Positions 19,617-29,006 of a DNA stretch of 64,000 bases are shown here, piece after piece. Each line of letters opens with the position of its first letter. Positions within the stretch are counted from its first letter, which is position 1. Origin of the DNA: an uncultured Gammaproteobacteria bacterium. GTDB lineage: Bacteria > Pseudomonadota > Gammaproteobacteria > SZUA-229. The DNA lies in contig CAWEEC010000076.1 of the NCBI GenBank assembly GCA_963807785.1, forward strand, positions 270 through 64,269, read 5' to 3'. Below the pieces are notes generated by a model. It did no database searches, was not told the DNA's origin, and was given only the letters and a program-made list of their open reading frames with translations. The position numbers and the translations under genes are program-made.

Positions 19617-20909
19617 ATGCTTAACTGGGAAGATCCACTCGCAAAATTTAATGAACCTGCTTTCAAGCCACAGCGGGATGAACAACATCCTCATGCCGGT
19701 GACGGTCTTGTTTCAAATGAAGCCTTGATGAATACAGCAGGTGCTGCGCCCGTGGTCAATCCTGTCCCTCCGGCGGCTGCAACCATGCCGGCAACACAGC
19801 TGGATACTGCGACATCGGTCGAGACAGACCAGAGTGATGACATCGAAGCCGATCTTAGTGGCACAGGCCTTGAAGACATTGAAATGGGTGCCCAGCGCAT
19901 TCAGGTGGATGACAAGAAAATCATCAACTGCCATGCAGACCTTAACCAGCTGGTGCCGTTCAAGTATGAATGGGCATGGCAGAAGTATCTTGATGGCTGT
20001 GCTAATCACTGGATGCCGCAGGAAATCAACATGACGGCCGACCTGGCGTTATGGCGCGATCCAAATGGTCTTACCGATGACGAGCGCACCATTATCAAGC
20101 GCAATCTCGGTTTCTTTTCAACCGCAGACTCGCTGGTTGCAAACAACCTGGTACTGGCAGTGTACAGGCACATCACCAATCCTGAATGCCGTCAGTACCT
20201 GCTGCGCCAGGCATTCGAAGAAGCACTGCATACACACGCTTATCAATATTGCGTTGAGTCACTGGGTCTCGATGAAGGCGAGATATTCAACATGTATCGT
20301 GAACTACCCGCGGTTGCACGCAAGGCCGAATGGGCACTGCCCTATACCAAGCACCTGGCTGATCCGAATTTCCACACCGGCACTGCAGAGAATGATCAGA
20401 AACTGTTACGCGAGCTGATTGCTTTCTACGTCATATTTGAAGGCATCTTCTTCTACGTTGGTTTCGCCCAGATTCTGTCCATGGGCCGCCGCAACAAAAT
20501 GACGGGTGTTGCCGAACAATTTCAGTACATCCTGCGTGATGAATCCATGCACATGAACTTTGGTATCGATGTTATCAACCAGATCAAGATTGAGAACCCG
20601 CATTTGTGGACACAAACGTTCCAGCAGGAAGCGCTGAATATGATTCGCGAAGCCGTTGAACTCGAAACACAATATGCACGCGACACCATGCCACGCGGCG
20701 TACTGGGACTTAATGCACCGATGTTTGAAGAATATCTGCAGTTCATTGCAAACCGCAGATGTTCACAGATTGGACTGCCAGAACAGTATCCGGGTGCAGG
20801 CAACCCATTCCCATGGATGTCTGAAGTACTGGATCTAAAGAAAGAGAAAAACTTTTTCGAAACGCGTGTGACGGAATATCAGACCGGTGGCGCCCTTAGC
20901 TGGGATTAA
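19617..20909 (+). CDS. nrdB: Class Ia ribonucleotide reductase beta subunit with a long N-terminal extension (Pseudomonas-like)
   Basis: [37 protein letters not shown], the di-iron ligand blocks ([16 protein letters not shown]) and the C-terminal tail are present. AGAGG lies 9 nt upstream of the ATG at 19617. Confidence 0.9.
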   Translation: MLNWEDPLAKFNEPAFKPQRDEQHPHAGDGLVSNEALMNTAGAAPVVNPVPPAAATMPATQLDTATSVETDQSDDIEADLSGTGLEDIEMGAQRIQVDDKKIINCHADLNQLVPFKYEWAWQKYLDGCANHWMPQEINMTADLALWRDPNGLTDDERTIIKRNLGFFSTADSLVANNLVLAVYRHITNPECRQYLLRQAFEEALHTHAYQYCVESLGLDEGEIFNMYRELPAVARKAEWALPYTKHLADPNFHTGTAENDQKLLRELIAFYVIFEGIFFYVGFAQILSMGRRNKMTGVAEQFQYILRDESMHMNFGIDVINQIKIENPHLWTQTFQQEALNMIREAVELETQYARDTMPRGVLGLNAPMFEEYLQFIANRRCSQIGLPEQYPGAGNPFPWMSEVLDLKKEKNFFETRVTEYQTGGALSWD

Positions 20910-21000
20910 GGCGGCGGAACTTGCTAGGAGGATAACAATAATAAAACAGGATCAAGGAAAACAAATAATAACAAGCCATGGAGGCTGGAGTAATGATTTG

Positions 21001-21032
21001 AAGGCGGCACCCCATGGGTTGCCGCCTTTTTT
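21001..21032 (+). terminator. Rho-independent terminator of nrdAB
   Basis: AAGGCGGCA-CCCCATGGGT-TGCCGCCTT followed by TTTT. Confidence 0.8.
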
Positions 21033-21339
21033 AATATCAATAATAAATACGAGTATTTATTGCAGCCTTATGGCTTCGTCTAATAGCCGCTACTTTCGAT
21101 CAATTTTATGATCTGGGTCAAGAATAAGGCCTTGTTTAAATCTTCTATTTAAGTGATTGTTAATCTAATTAAGCGACTGAAACTAAAAGATACTTGAATC
21201 GACCATTCATGTAAGTAGTTAGCGGATTCATGACGAATAGTCAGGGATTATGCAAGGTCTGGGTATTAGAATCAGAGCAATTACCGGGAACATAGTCTAT
21301 GCTGAAACACTCCGGTATATATTGATAATTATAAAAAGC

Positions 21340-21450
21340 ATGGACGCAAATGAACTAATAATTTTAATCGGCGAGTTACATCGCGCTGAGAAAAACTCAG
21401 GCATGTATTCGCATAATGAAGTTCACTTGCAACCAACAGGTACACCATGA
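21340..21450 (+). CDS. Hypothetical 36-aa peptide. The ORF is open from 21250, and its stop overlaps the next start
   Basis: MDANELIILIGELHRAEKNSGMYSHNEVHLQPTGTP. Its TGA overlaps the next ATG (ATGA at 21447..21450). It sits in an AT-rich region and has no recognisable similarity. Confidence 0.25.
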   Translation: MDANELIILIGELHRAEKNSGMYSHNEVHLQPTGTP

Positions 21451-21587
21451 AACAGAAAGTATGCACTCAATGTAAATTCAAGGAAGTTTGCGACGGGCTT
21501 CCTGGTTTCTGCCTGTTTATTCCTTATATCGTGATCGCCTCGACCGTGTTCATGGTTTTCTATTTCATGCTAACCAGCAAACTCTAA
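21447..21587 (+). CDS. Hypothetical 46-aa Cys-rich single-TM peptide
   Basis: MKQKVCTQCKFKEVCDGLPGFCLFIPYIVIASTVFMVFYFMLTSKL has a CxxC-x5-C-x6-C head followed by one hydrophobic helix. It is below the ORF-track length cutoff. Confidence 0.3.
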   Translation: MKQKVCTQCKFKEVCDGLPGFCLFIPYIVIASTVFMVFYFMLTSKL

Positions 21588-21913
21588 TCACATCCAAAAC
21601 AATCTGTTAAAACCTATTTGCAAATAGGCTTATGTGCACAGGATGCCGCCTGCTGTAACAGCCATTGAGCACGTCTCAGACACCGCAAGCAGGATAGATC
21701 TACAGTTTTGCCGAACAATATTAGGATTGCTATATCTGAAGCGCAGTGAGCATGCTGATGATCTCTCATCGGTGCAGTCCTGCTGCCTGCTCGATCTACC
21801 TGCTTCCATCACAGCAACGTTGGCGTCTGATCAAAACCGGTAATCAACTGCTACACTCAGAAATCAAGCAATCGTTTTCCGGTACACGGCAACATGGACA
21901 AGAGATGTGACAG

Positions 21914-22810
21914 ATGAAATATCTTATTCTGCTGCTTATGATATGTAGCGCATCGATCAGCCATGCGAAAGAATTAAGCTACATCAGAGATTATTCCTAC
22001 AAGGCAAGCGACCTTGATAGCAAGGTATCCGCTCGCAACAATACCCTGAAGCTGATCAAGGCGGGTGTACTGGAAGAGATCATAAGTTATGTACACAGCA
22101 ACAACAGTCTTGAGCAATCCCAGTCAGGCAATAATTTCAAATCATCATTCATACAGCGCACCAGCTCCTCGAGTGCCGGTTTCCTGAAAGCAAGAATACT
22201 GGAAGAAAGCTGGGACGGTTTCGAGATGAAAATGAAAGCCGAAGTAAAGGCTGACCCGAATGCCATTCGTAAAGAACTTGAACGTACACTTGCACTAAGG
22301 CCGACACCACAACCACAGGCTGTTCAACCACAACCTGCAAAAACCCCGGCACCAACGCCGCAACCACCGCCGGCAAATATCCAGCCACAGCCCACGGCAC
22401 AATTTACGCCCGTCATGCCTGTCAGCAACACCACGGCTGACTACAGTGGTTATTTAAGAACAGCACAATTATCGCAGGTTTATTCGCTGTTACAGCCATT
22501 GAAAATGACTATGACTGAGCATTACATGATGAATGGGCAATGGCCATCTTCATTGAAGCAGATAAATCTTAAACCTGAGGAAATGACTGATGGCCAGTAT
22601 CTCAACAAAGTAAGGCTGGGGAAAAACGGGCAGATATTCGCATTCCTCAGTAACACTTTTGGTAAAGATAAATTTCTTTCACTGACGCCCAAATCAATTA
22701 TGGGCGGCATGCAGACACGTTGGGAATGCACGACCAACCTGAACACAAAAGGACTTCAGGGGTATACCAACATCAATTGCAGTGAGGACAAAAGCCTGCG
22801 CTATAACTGA
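21914..22810 (+). CDS. Secreted protein: Sec signal, N-terminal domain, Pro/Gln-rich linker and a C-terminal type IV pilin-like head domain
   Basis: The signal is MKYLILLLMICSASISHA and the linker is PTPQPQAVQPQPAKTPAPTPQPPPANIQPQPT. The C-terminus YLRTAQLSQVYSLLQPLKMTMTEHYMMNGQWPSS...GQYLNKVRLGKNGQIFAFL...LSLTPKS...TRWECTTNL...NINC follows the type IVa pilin globular-domain pattern, including the disulfide pair. There is no G/FTLIE prepilin leader. Confidence 0.6.
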   Translation: MKYLILLLMICSASISHAKELSYIRDYSYKASDLDSKVSARNNTLKLIKAGVLEEIISYVHSNNSLEQSQSGNNFKSSFIQRTSSSSAGFLKARILEESWDGFEMKMKAEVKADPNAIRKELERTLALRPTPQPQAVQPQPAKTPAPTPQPPPANIQPQPTAQFTPVMPVSNTTADYSGYLRTAQLSQVYSLLQPLKMTMTEHYMMNGQWPSSLKQINLKPEEMTDGQYLNKVRLGKNGQIFAFLSNTFGKDKFLSLTPKSIMGGMQTRWECTTNLNTKGLQGYTNINCSEDKSLRYN

Positions 22811-22814
22811 TCGA

Positions 22815-23607
22815 TCAACCAGTTATTTTCCGTCTCGATCTTGATATCAGCTCTACCGCCTTGGCTGCAGCAGCAAATCCGAAACTGGCAGTGACACTGA
22901 CGACGGAGCCATAACCGAAGCTGCAATCCAGTGACAGTCCTGCAACACCGGGTTTGCAGTATCCAGGCTCTCCGTTTTTATCGGGATATCGTTGTTGTTC
23001 AGACGAAAACACACAGGGCACACCAAAGCTTCGTTTTGGATTGCGCGTATAACCGTATTTGTGCCTGAGCCTCGAACGCACAGTCGCCGCTAAGCGCGTC
23101 GTTCCAGGTGCGGGCCAGGTCTGCAACTTCAGTCCGTGCAGGTTCAATCAGTCCGCCCGCACCACCCGTCATCACAACCGGTATCTTGTTACGCTTGCAG
23201 CAATATACAATCGCAGCCTTGAACTTGATGCTGTCGATTGCATCGATAACACAGTCGTAATCGCACTCGATAATGTCACGCAGATTATCATCATCAATAT
23301 GATGCTCGATGGCATGGCAGTGGCACGCGGCATTGATATCGGCAATACGAGCCTGCATTGCACTGACCTTGTACTGGCCGAGTGTTGACTCCAGCGTATG
23401 TATCTGGCGGTTCATATTGCTGCGGTGAATCGTATCGCCATCCACCAGGGTGAGTTCACCGATGCCGGAACGTGCCAGCGATTCCACCGCCCAGGAGCCG
23501 ACACCGCCGATACCGATAACACATACGTGCGAGTGGCGAAGTGCGGCACAGGTATCCTCTCCGTATACACGTGACAGCGGGCCAAATTTTTCTTCGTAAT
23601 CACTCAT
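22815..23607 (-). pseudogene. tcdA: tRNA threonylcarbamoyladenosine dehydratase (ThiF/MoeB family), with one frameshift
   Basis: [42 protein letters not shown]...TGGAGGLIEPARTEVADLARTWNDAL is followed in another frame by AATVRSRLRHKYGYTRNPKRSFGVPCVFSSEQ...DCSFGYGSVVSVTASFGF. There is an extra base near 23101. Confidence 0.8.
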
Positions 23608-23651
23608 TGTGCTTTTCTGTAGAATACAGCCGATACCTGACTGTAACGACC

Positions 23652-25001
23652 ATGACTTTAAAACAAGATAACCAACCAGACTCTCGTAGCCCTGCGAAAA
23701 ATGTAGGATTTGTCAGCCTCGGCTGCCCCAAGGCCACGGTCGATTCGGAGCATATTCTCACACAGTTGCGCGCTGAAGGTTATGCCATTTCGCCGAGTTA
23801 CGACCAGGCGGACCTGGTTGTCATCAATACCTGCGGCTTTATAGACGACGCCATAGAAGAGTCGCTGCAGGCGATTGGCGAGGCGCTGCATGAAAACGGC
23901 AGGGTCATCGTCACCGGGTGTCTGGGCGCCAAGGGTGATATCGTGCAACAGAACTATCCGAATGTGCTGGCCGTAACAGGACCACACGCAACCCAGGAGG
24001 TCATGGATGCCATACACCGGCACCTGCCGCCCGAGCATGATCCATTCGTCGATCTTGTACCGTCGCAGGGTATCAGGCTGACACCGGGGCATTATGCCTA
24101 CCTCAAGATCTCCGAAGGCTGTAATCACCGCTGTACCTTCTGCATTATTCCTGACCTGCGCGGCGACCTGGTAAGCAGGCCGGTGAATGAGGTACTGGCT
24201 GAAGCTGAACGCCTGGTTGCAGCCGGCGTCAAGGAATTGCTCGTCATTTCGCAGGACACCAGCGCCTACGGCGTCGATGTGAAATACAGAACAGCATTCT
24301 ACAATGGCATGCCGGTGAGAACACGCATGACTGAACTGTGTGAAGCACTGAGCAGTCTCGGCGTGTGGGTCAGACTGCACTATGTCTACCCTTACCCGCA
24401 TGTCGATGAGGTCATTCCACTGATGGCGGCTGGCAAGCTGTTACCCTACCTGGACATACCGTTTCAGCACGCCAGCCCACGCATTCTCAAGGCCATGAAA
24501 CGCCCTGCTGCCAGCGAGAATACCCTGCAGCGCATCCAGGCATGGCGCGCGATCTGCCCCGAGCTCACCTTGCGCAGTACATTTATTGTCGGTTTTCCCG
24601 GCGAAACCGAGGACGACTTCGAGCAGTTGCTCGATTTCCTCGATCAGGCCCAGCTTGACCGCGTCGGCTGCTTTAGCTATTCACCGGTAGAGGGCGCCAG
24701 AGCCAATCAGCTACCGAATCCGGTTGATGAAGATACAAAGCAGGAACGACTGCAGCGTTTCATGGAAAAACAGGCCACTATCAGCGCACAGAGATTGAAG
24801 CGAAAAATCGGCACTGAACAACAGGTACTGGTTGATGCTGTCAGCGAGTCCGGTATTATCGCGCGCAGCACTGCCGATGCCCCCGATATTGACGGCCTGG
24901 TATACATCGAACAACAGGCAGAGGTTCAGCCCGGTGAATTCATCAAAGTCTACATCGATGATACCGACGAACATGATATGTGGGGCCGTATAATCCGCTG
25001 A
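23652..25001 (+). CDS. rimO: Ribosomal protein S12 methylthiotransferase
   Basis: [16 protein letters not shown], the radical-SAM motif [13 protein letters not shown] and a TRAM C-terminus are present. The ATG at 23652 matches the usual RimO N-terminus. Confidence 0.9.
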   Translation: MTLKQDNQPDSRSPAKNVGFVSLGCPKATVDSEHILTQLRAEGYAISPSYDQADLVVINTCGFIDDAIEESLQAIGEALHENGRVIVTGCLGAKGDIVQQNYPNVLAVTGPHATQEVMDAIHRHLPPEHDPFVDLVPSQGIRLTPGHYAYLKISEGCNHRCTFCIIPDLRGDLVSRPVNEVLAEAERLVAAGVKELLVISQDTSAYGVDVKYRTAFYNGMPVRTRMTELCEALSSLGVWVRLHYVYPYPHVDEVIPLMAAGKLLPYLDIPFQHASPRILKAMKRPAASENTLQRIQAWRAICPELTLRSTFIVGFPGETEDDFEQLLDFLDQAQLDRVGCFSYSPVEGARANQLPNPVDEDTKQERLQRFMEKQATISAQRLKRKIGTEQQVLVDAVSESGIIARSTADAPDIDGLVYIEQQAEVQPGEFIKVYIDDTDEHDMWGRIIR

Positions 25002-25003
25002 CT

Positions 25004-26278
25004 ATGAACACCCCAATGATTGATATCGTTACCGAGCTGGCACTCAACGATGATAAACATATACAGGACCGGATAGGCCGTAGCTCAAAAATCAGCGCCC
25101 ATTGCTCGCTGCAGTGGCAATCCGATTACGCCACGCACATTGACAGCCAGTACATCGACAACCTCAATGTCTGGCGCGATTTCTTTCCCGCTGAAATGGA
25201 ATCACAGCTTGATGGCTGTTGCCCGGGCGACATCATCGGTCACAGCTACAGCGCAGGTGAGGCCCTGCCGGAATTTTCAACCAGCCAACGTCCACACCGT
25301 TAAACAGCAGCAGTTCGAGCGCAATTTTTCCAGCCAGGTCAGGCTGGAACCGAGACTGGGCCGCTTCTACCCCAGGGCTATATTTGAAAATACTCCCGGA
25401 AACAACAGTTCCAACTATCAACCCTGCCGCATCATTGGCATGGATGAGAACAGCATAACTACAGACTTCAATCACCCACTTGCAACCCGCTCGCTTGATA
25501 TTGACATGCGCATCATGCAGATATGGGATGGCGGACAGGAACATGGCGGACGCTGCAACGATATTATTGAAATGCTGACTACGAATGGCCCCGGTATGCA
25601 GGCACGCCATAATGCGACAGCAACCGACTTCTACAGCGATGATGCCTTTGCCAGGCAGGACGCTTCCCCCGATGACCTGTTCTATGCCAGTCCACGCCTG
25701 GTTGATCACCTGGACGAAAGCTGTTCTCAGCAAATCGGCGAACTCTATCAACAGCTGTTACCGCATGATGGCCAGCTGCTCGACCTGATGTCGAGCTGGG
25801 TTTCACATTTACCGCCGCAGTTTGCTGCGGCAAGCATTACCGGCCTTGGTTTGAATCAGCATGAACTCGAGCAAAACCCGATGCTGGCAGAAACACGGGT
25901 ACATGACCTGAACCAGAATCCACTGCTGCCGTTCGATGCTGGGGTATTCGATGGCGTGCTCTGCACGGCATCAATTGAATACCTGGTTTCGCCGGCACAG
26001 GTGTTCGATGAGCTTGCCCGAGTGCTTAAACCCGGCGCAGCACCTGGTCATCACTTTCTGCAATCGCTGGTTTCCGCCGAAAGCAATCAGGGTGTGGGGC
26101 CATGCGCACGAATTTGAGCGCATGGGACTGGTACTCGAGTACTTCATCCAGAACGGGTGTTTTGAAAACTTGCACAGTTATTCATTACGCGGACTGCCGC
26201 GTCCGCAACGACGACAAGTATGCCGGGCAGATACTGCTGTCCGATCCGGTCTACGCTGTGTGGGGCACTAAACGCTGA
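25004..26278 (+). pseudogene. SAM-dependent methyltransferase with an N-terminal FKBP-like region, with at least two frameshifts
   Basis: Consecutive pieces lie in three frames: ...GDIIGHSYSAGEALPEF | QPANVHTVKQQQFERNF...GQLLDLMSSWVSHLP...FDGVLCTASIEYLVSPAQVFDELARVLKPGA | HLVITFCNRWFPPKAIRVWGHAHEFERMGLVLEYF. The shifts are in a T4 run near 25277 and near 26040. A third shift near 26208 would give the more protein-like ending DDKYAGQILLSDPVYAVWGTKR. Confidence 0.65.
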
Positions 26279-26497
26279 CACCGAAAGCAATGCAGCCACA
26301 TCGCCGGCCCGCGTGCGTTGCTACAACAGCTGCCACGACAACAGGCCGGTGCTTTCATGCACAGCAGCCCGTGGCCACGGGCCGACACACAAGACCCGGG
26401 CAAGACTCAATAAGAATATTAATATTTTCTGATATATATCATAACCGCACACGCACTTTGCCGTTAGACTCTGCATTTTTTTCAAGTAGAGATACCC

Positions 26498-27250
26498 ATG
26501 GATTCAACGCAGAGCCTGGCCTCGGCTTTCATACTCGGACTTTTCAGCACGGTGCACTGTGTGGGCATGTGCGGCGGCATCATCGGCGCACTCAGTCTCA
26601 GCCTGCCTGACAACATCCGCCAGCAGCGCCTGCGGCAGGTATTTTTCATCGGCCTTTACAACCTGGGCCGCATCCTCAGTTATTCATTTGCCGGGCTCGT
26701 AGTCGGTTATATTGGCGCTGAAGCCGCCTCCTACACCGACATGTCAGGCGGCCCTTCGGTATTACGCTATACCGGCGTTGTGCTGATGATCGCCATTGGC
26801 CTGTACCTGGCAGGCTGGTTGCCGCAATTATCCAGGGTCGAACGTATCGGCATCCCGCTGTGGAAGCTGCTGGAGCCGATCGGGCGCAAACTGGTACCGG
26901 TCACCACCATGCCCAGGGCCCTGCTCTACGGGCTGATCTGGGGCTGGCTGCCATGCGGCCTGGTCTACTTCGTGCTGGTGTGGGCGCTGACCTCGGGCAG
27001 CGCGACCCAGGGCGCTCTGACCATGGCGGCGTTTGGCCTGGGTACACTACCCACATTGATCACCGCAGGACTGGCAGTATCATGGCTGAAACGCTTCACC
27101 CAGTCGAAAATGACCCGTCAGATCGTTGGTATGCTGGTGATTGCAATGGCAATTAGCAGCCTGTTCATACCCATGGGTGGGCACAAGCACGGCCATGCTG
27201 ATCGCGCTCACGGCAGTCATCAGCACATCAACCAGGCCATGCAACAATAA
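26498..27250 (+). CDS. Polytopic membrane protein with an HCxGMCGG motif (DsbD_2 / COG2836, UreH-like putative metal transporter) and a His-rich C-terminal tail
   Basis: LGLFSTVHCVGMCGGIIGALSLSLP, six predicted TM segments, WGWLPCGLVYF, and the tail GGHKHGHADRAHGSHQH. Confidence 0.6.
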   Translation: MDSTQSLASAFILGLFSTVHCVGMCGGIIGALSLSLPDNIRQQRLRQVFFIGLYNLGRILSYSFAGLVVGYIGAEAASYTDMSGGPSVLRYTGVVLMIAIGLYLAGWLPQLSRVERIGIPLWKLLEPIGRKLVPVTTMPRALLYGLIWGWLPCGLVYFVLVWALTSGSATQGALTMAAFGLGTLPTLITAGLAVSWLKRFTQSKMTRQIVGMLVIAMAISSLFIPMGGHKHGHADRAHGSHQHINQAMQQ

Positions 27251-27329
27251 ATGTCGCATTCATATCGACGTGCCAGTATGTTAAATTTGCGCGCCGTCAA
27301 TCCGACCAGACTGTTGCCTGGTGTTTCAT

Positions 27330-28037
27330 ATGGATAATCCGCTTACCTATACTTCTGCATTTCTGCTGGGACTTTTCAGTACGGTACATTGCATTGGCAT
27401 GTGCGGCGGAATCATCGGTGCACTCAGCCTCAGCCTGCCGCAGGAAATCCGTGAGCACAAGCCGCGCTTGCTGATGTTCGTCACCAGTTACAACATTGGC
27501 CGGATTACAAGTTACAGCCTGGCAGGTCTTGTTGCCGGCGCCATCGGAACCGGGGTACTGGCATCGACCGGATTCGATCAGGGCCATGCCGTGCTGCGTA
27601 TAACCGGCGTTGCCATGATGATCGCGATTGGCCTCTATCTCGCAGGCTGGCTACCACAACTCGCCGTGGTGGAGAAAATTGGCGTACCGGTATGGAAGAA
27701 ACTGGAGCCGGTGGGCCGCAAGTTATTACCGGTTGCGACACTGCCCAGGGCACTGGCATATGGTGTGATCTGGGGCTGGCTGCCCTGTGGCCTGGTGTAT
27801 TTTGTACTGCTGTGGGCTCTCACCGCGGGCGATGCGGTGCAGGGCGCATTCACCATGCTCGCCTTTGGCGTCGGCACCTTGCCGACGCTGCTTGCGACCG
27901 GCTTCATGACGTCCTGGTTAACGCGTTTTGCACGCTCTGTCACCGCGCGCCGGGTTGTCGGCCTGCTGATTATCGCCATGGCCATCGGTAGCCTGTTCAT
28001 ACCCATGGGCGACGCGATGCATGGGCACCATCACTGA
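27330..28037 (+). CDS. Paralog of the preceding HCxGMCGG membrane protein with a His-rich tail
   Basis: Collinear with 26498..27250 over its whole length (LGLFSTVHCIGMCGGIIGALSLSLP...WGWLPCGLVYF...SLFIPMGDAMHGHHH). Its TGA overlaps the next ATG (28035..28039). Confidence 0.6.
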   Translation: MDNPLTYTSAFLLGLFSTVHCIGMCGGIIGALSLSLPQEIREHKPRLLMFVTSYNIGRITSYSLAGLVAGAIGTGVLASTGFDQGHAVLRITGVAMMIAIGLYLAGWLPQLAVVEKIGVPVWKKLEPVGRKLLPVATLPRALAYGVIWGWLPCGLVYFVLLWALTAGDAVQGAFTMLAFGVGTLPTLLATGFMTSWLTRFARSVTARRVVGLLIIAMAIGSLFIPMGDAMHGHHH

Positions 28038-29005
28038 TGTCAGCGACACGCGATAATACGGCTTTCAAGTCCTTGCTGGGTCGTTCGCCAGCAATGGCTG
28101 CGGTTATACGCACGGCCCAGATAGCGGCAGCAACCGATGTGCATGTGCTGATCGAGGGTGAAACCGGCACCGGCAAGGAACTGCTGGCGCAGGAAATCCA
28201 GTCTTCGAGTGCGCGTGCTGACGAGGCATTCGTCGTTGTCAACTGCGCAGCCCTGCCGGTTGAACTGGTCGAGTCATTATTATTCGGACATGAACGCGGC
28301 GCATTCACCGGCGCGCATGATCGCAAGCAAGGCTATGTGCAAAAGGCAGATAAAGGCACCCTGTTCCTGGATGAAATTGGCGAGCTTCCGCTTTCGATAC
28401 AGGCAAAATTGCTGCGTTTTATTGAACACGGGGAAAGTCAACGACTGGGTTCGAGCGAAATCGAGTTTGTCGATGTGCGCATCATCGCAGCGACCAACCG
28501 CAACCTGATGCAAATGGTCGATAGCGGCAGCTTCAGGCAGGACCTGTTCTACCGGCTGAATATTGTACCGCTACAGTTACCACCTTTACGTGATCGCATG
28601 CGTGATATCACTGAACTGGTTGATCACTTTATGCAACAGGCCGCTGCACGTAACCAGTCCGAGCTGGCTAAACTGACTCGCGCAGCAGTGGAAATATTGA
28701 AACAGCACAGCTGGCCCGGTAATATTCGCGAATTGCGCAATGTATGCGAGCACGTATCTGCGGTGTTGCCCGGTCAAAACATTAATCCCGAGCACCTGCC
28801 GCTGCTTGCGCATGCGCGCCATACACAACCTCAAAGCGCTACGCGATTTGAATTGCCACAGCAGGGTGTCAACATGGAATCGCTTGAAATAGACCTGATA
28901 CAACAGGCACTTGATTATGCCAAGGGCAACAAGAGCAAAGCGGCGCGTTTACTGGGTTTAACCCGTGACGCCTTTATGTATCGTCTGAAGAAACACAAGC
29001 TGTAG
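28037..29005 (+). CDS. Sigma-54-dependent transcriptional activator with only an AAA+ core and a Fis-type HTH (no N-terminal sensor domain)
   Basis: Walker A is GETGTGKE, the GAFTGA loop is ERGAFTGA, Walker B is LFLDEIGEL, and WPGNIRELRN is present. The C-terminal HTH is GNKSKAARLLGLTRDAFMYRLKKH. Only ~20 residues precede the AAA+ domain. Confidence 0.85.
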   Translation: MSATRDNTAFKSLLGRSPAMAAVIRTAQIAAATDVHVLIEGETGTGKELLAQEIQSSSARADEAFVVVNCAALPVELVESLLFGHERGAFTGAHDRKQGYVQKADKGTLFLDEIGELPLSIQAKLLRFIEHGESQRLGSSEIEFVDVRIIAATNRNLMQMVDSGSFRQDLFYRLNIVPLQLPPLRDRMRDITELVDHFMQQAAARNQSELAKLTRAAVEILKQHSWPGNIRELRNVCEHVSAVLPGQNINPEHLPLLAHARHTQPQSATRFELPQQGVNMESLEIDLIQQALDYAKGNKSKAARLLGLTRDAFMYRLKKHKL

Positions 29006-29006
29006 C

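Noticed and set aside
19319-19624. 101-aa ORF in the nrdA-nrdB spacer
   Set aside because: It has no RBS, its Arg/Cys/Trp-rich composition is typical of non-coding frames, and it overlaps the nrdB start. A long nrdA-nrdB spacer is normal for this RNR type.
23658-24401. Long antisense ORFs inside large genes (for example 23658..24401 in rimO, 7597..8109 in the permease, 17651..18163 in nrdA, and several in metH)
   Set aside because: These are shadow ORFs opposite strongly supported genes. Their composition is biased (Arg, His and Cys rich) and they have no start context.
26280-26432. GC-rich ORFs 26220..26432 and 26290..26610 upstream of the membrane-protein pair
   Set aside because: They are Arg/Pro/Thr-rich low-complexity translations. 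They overlap the end of the methyltransferase pseudogene and the start of the next gene, and have no RBS.
26798-26812. Sigma-54 promoter-like TGGCAG-N5-TTGC
   Set aside because: It lies inside the coding sequence of the first HCxGMCGG protein, where it encodes LAGWLP. The paralog encodes the same peptide with different nucleotides, so the match is coincidental.
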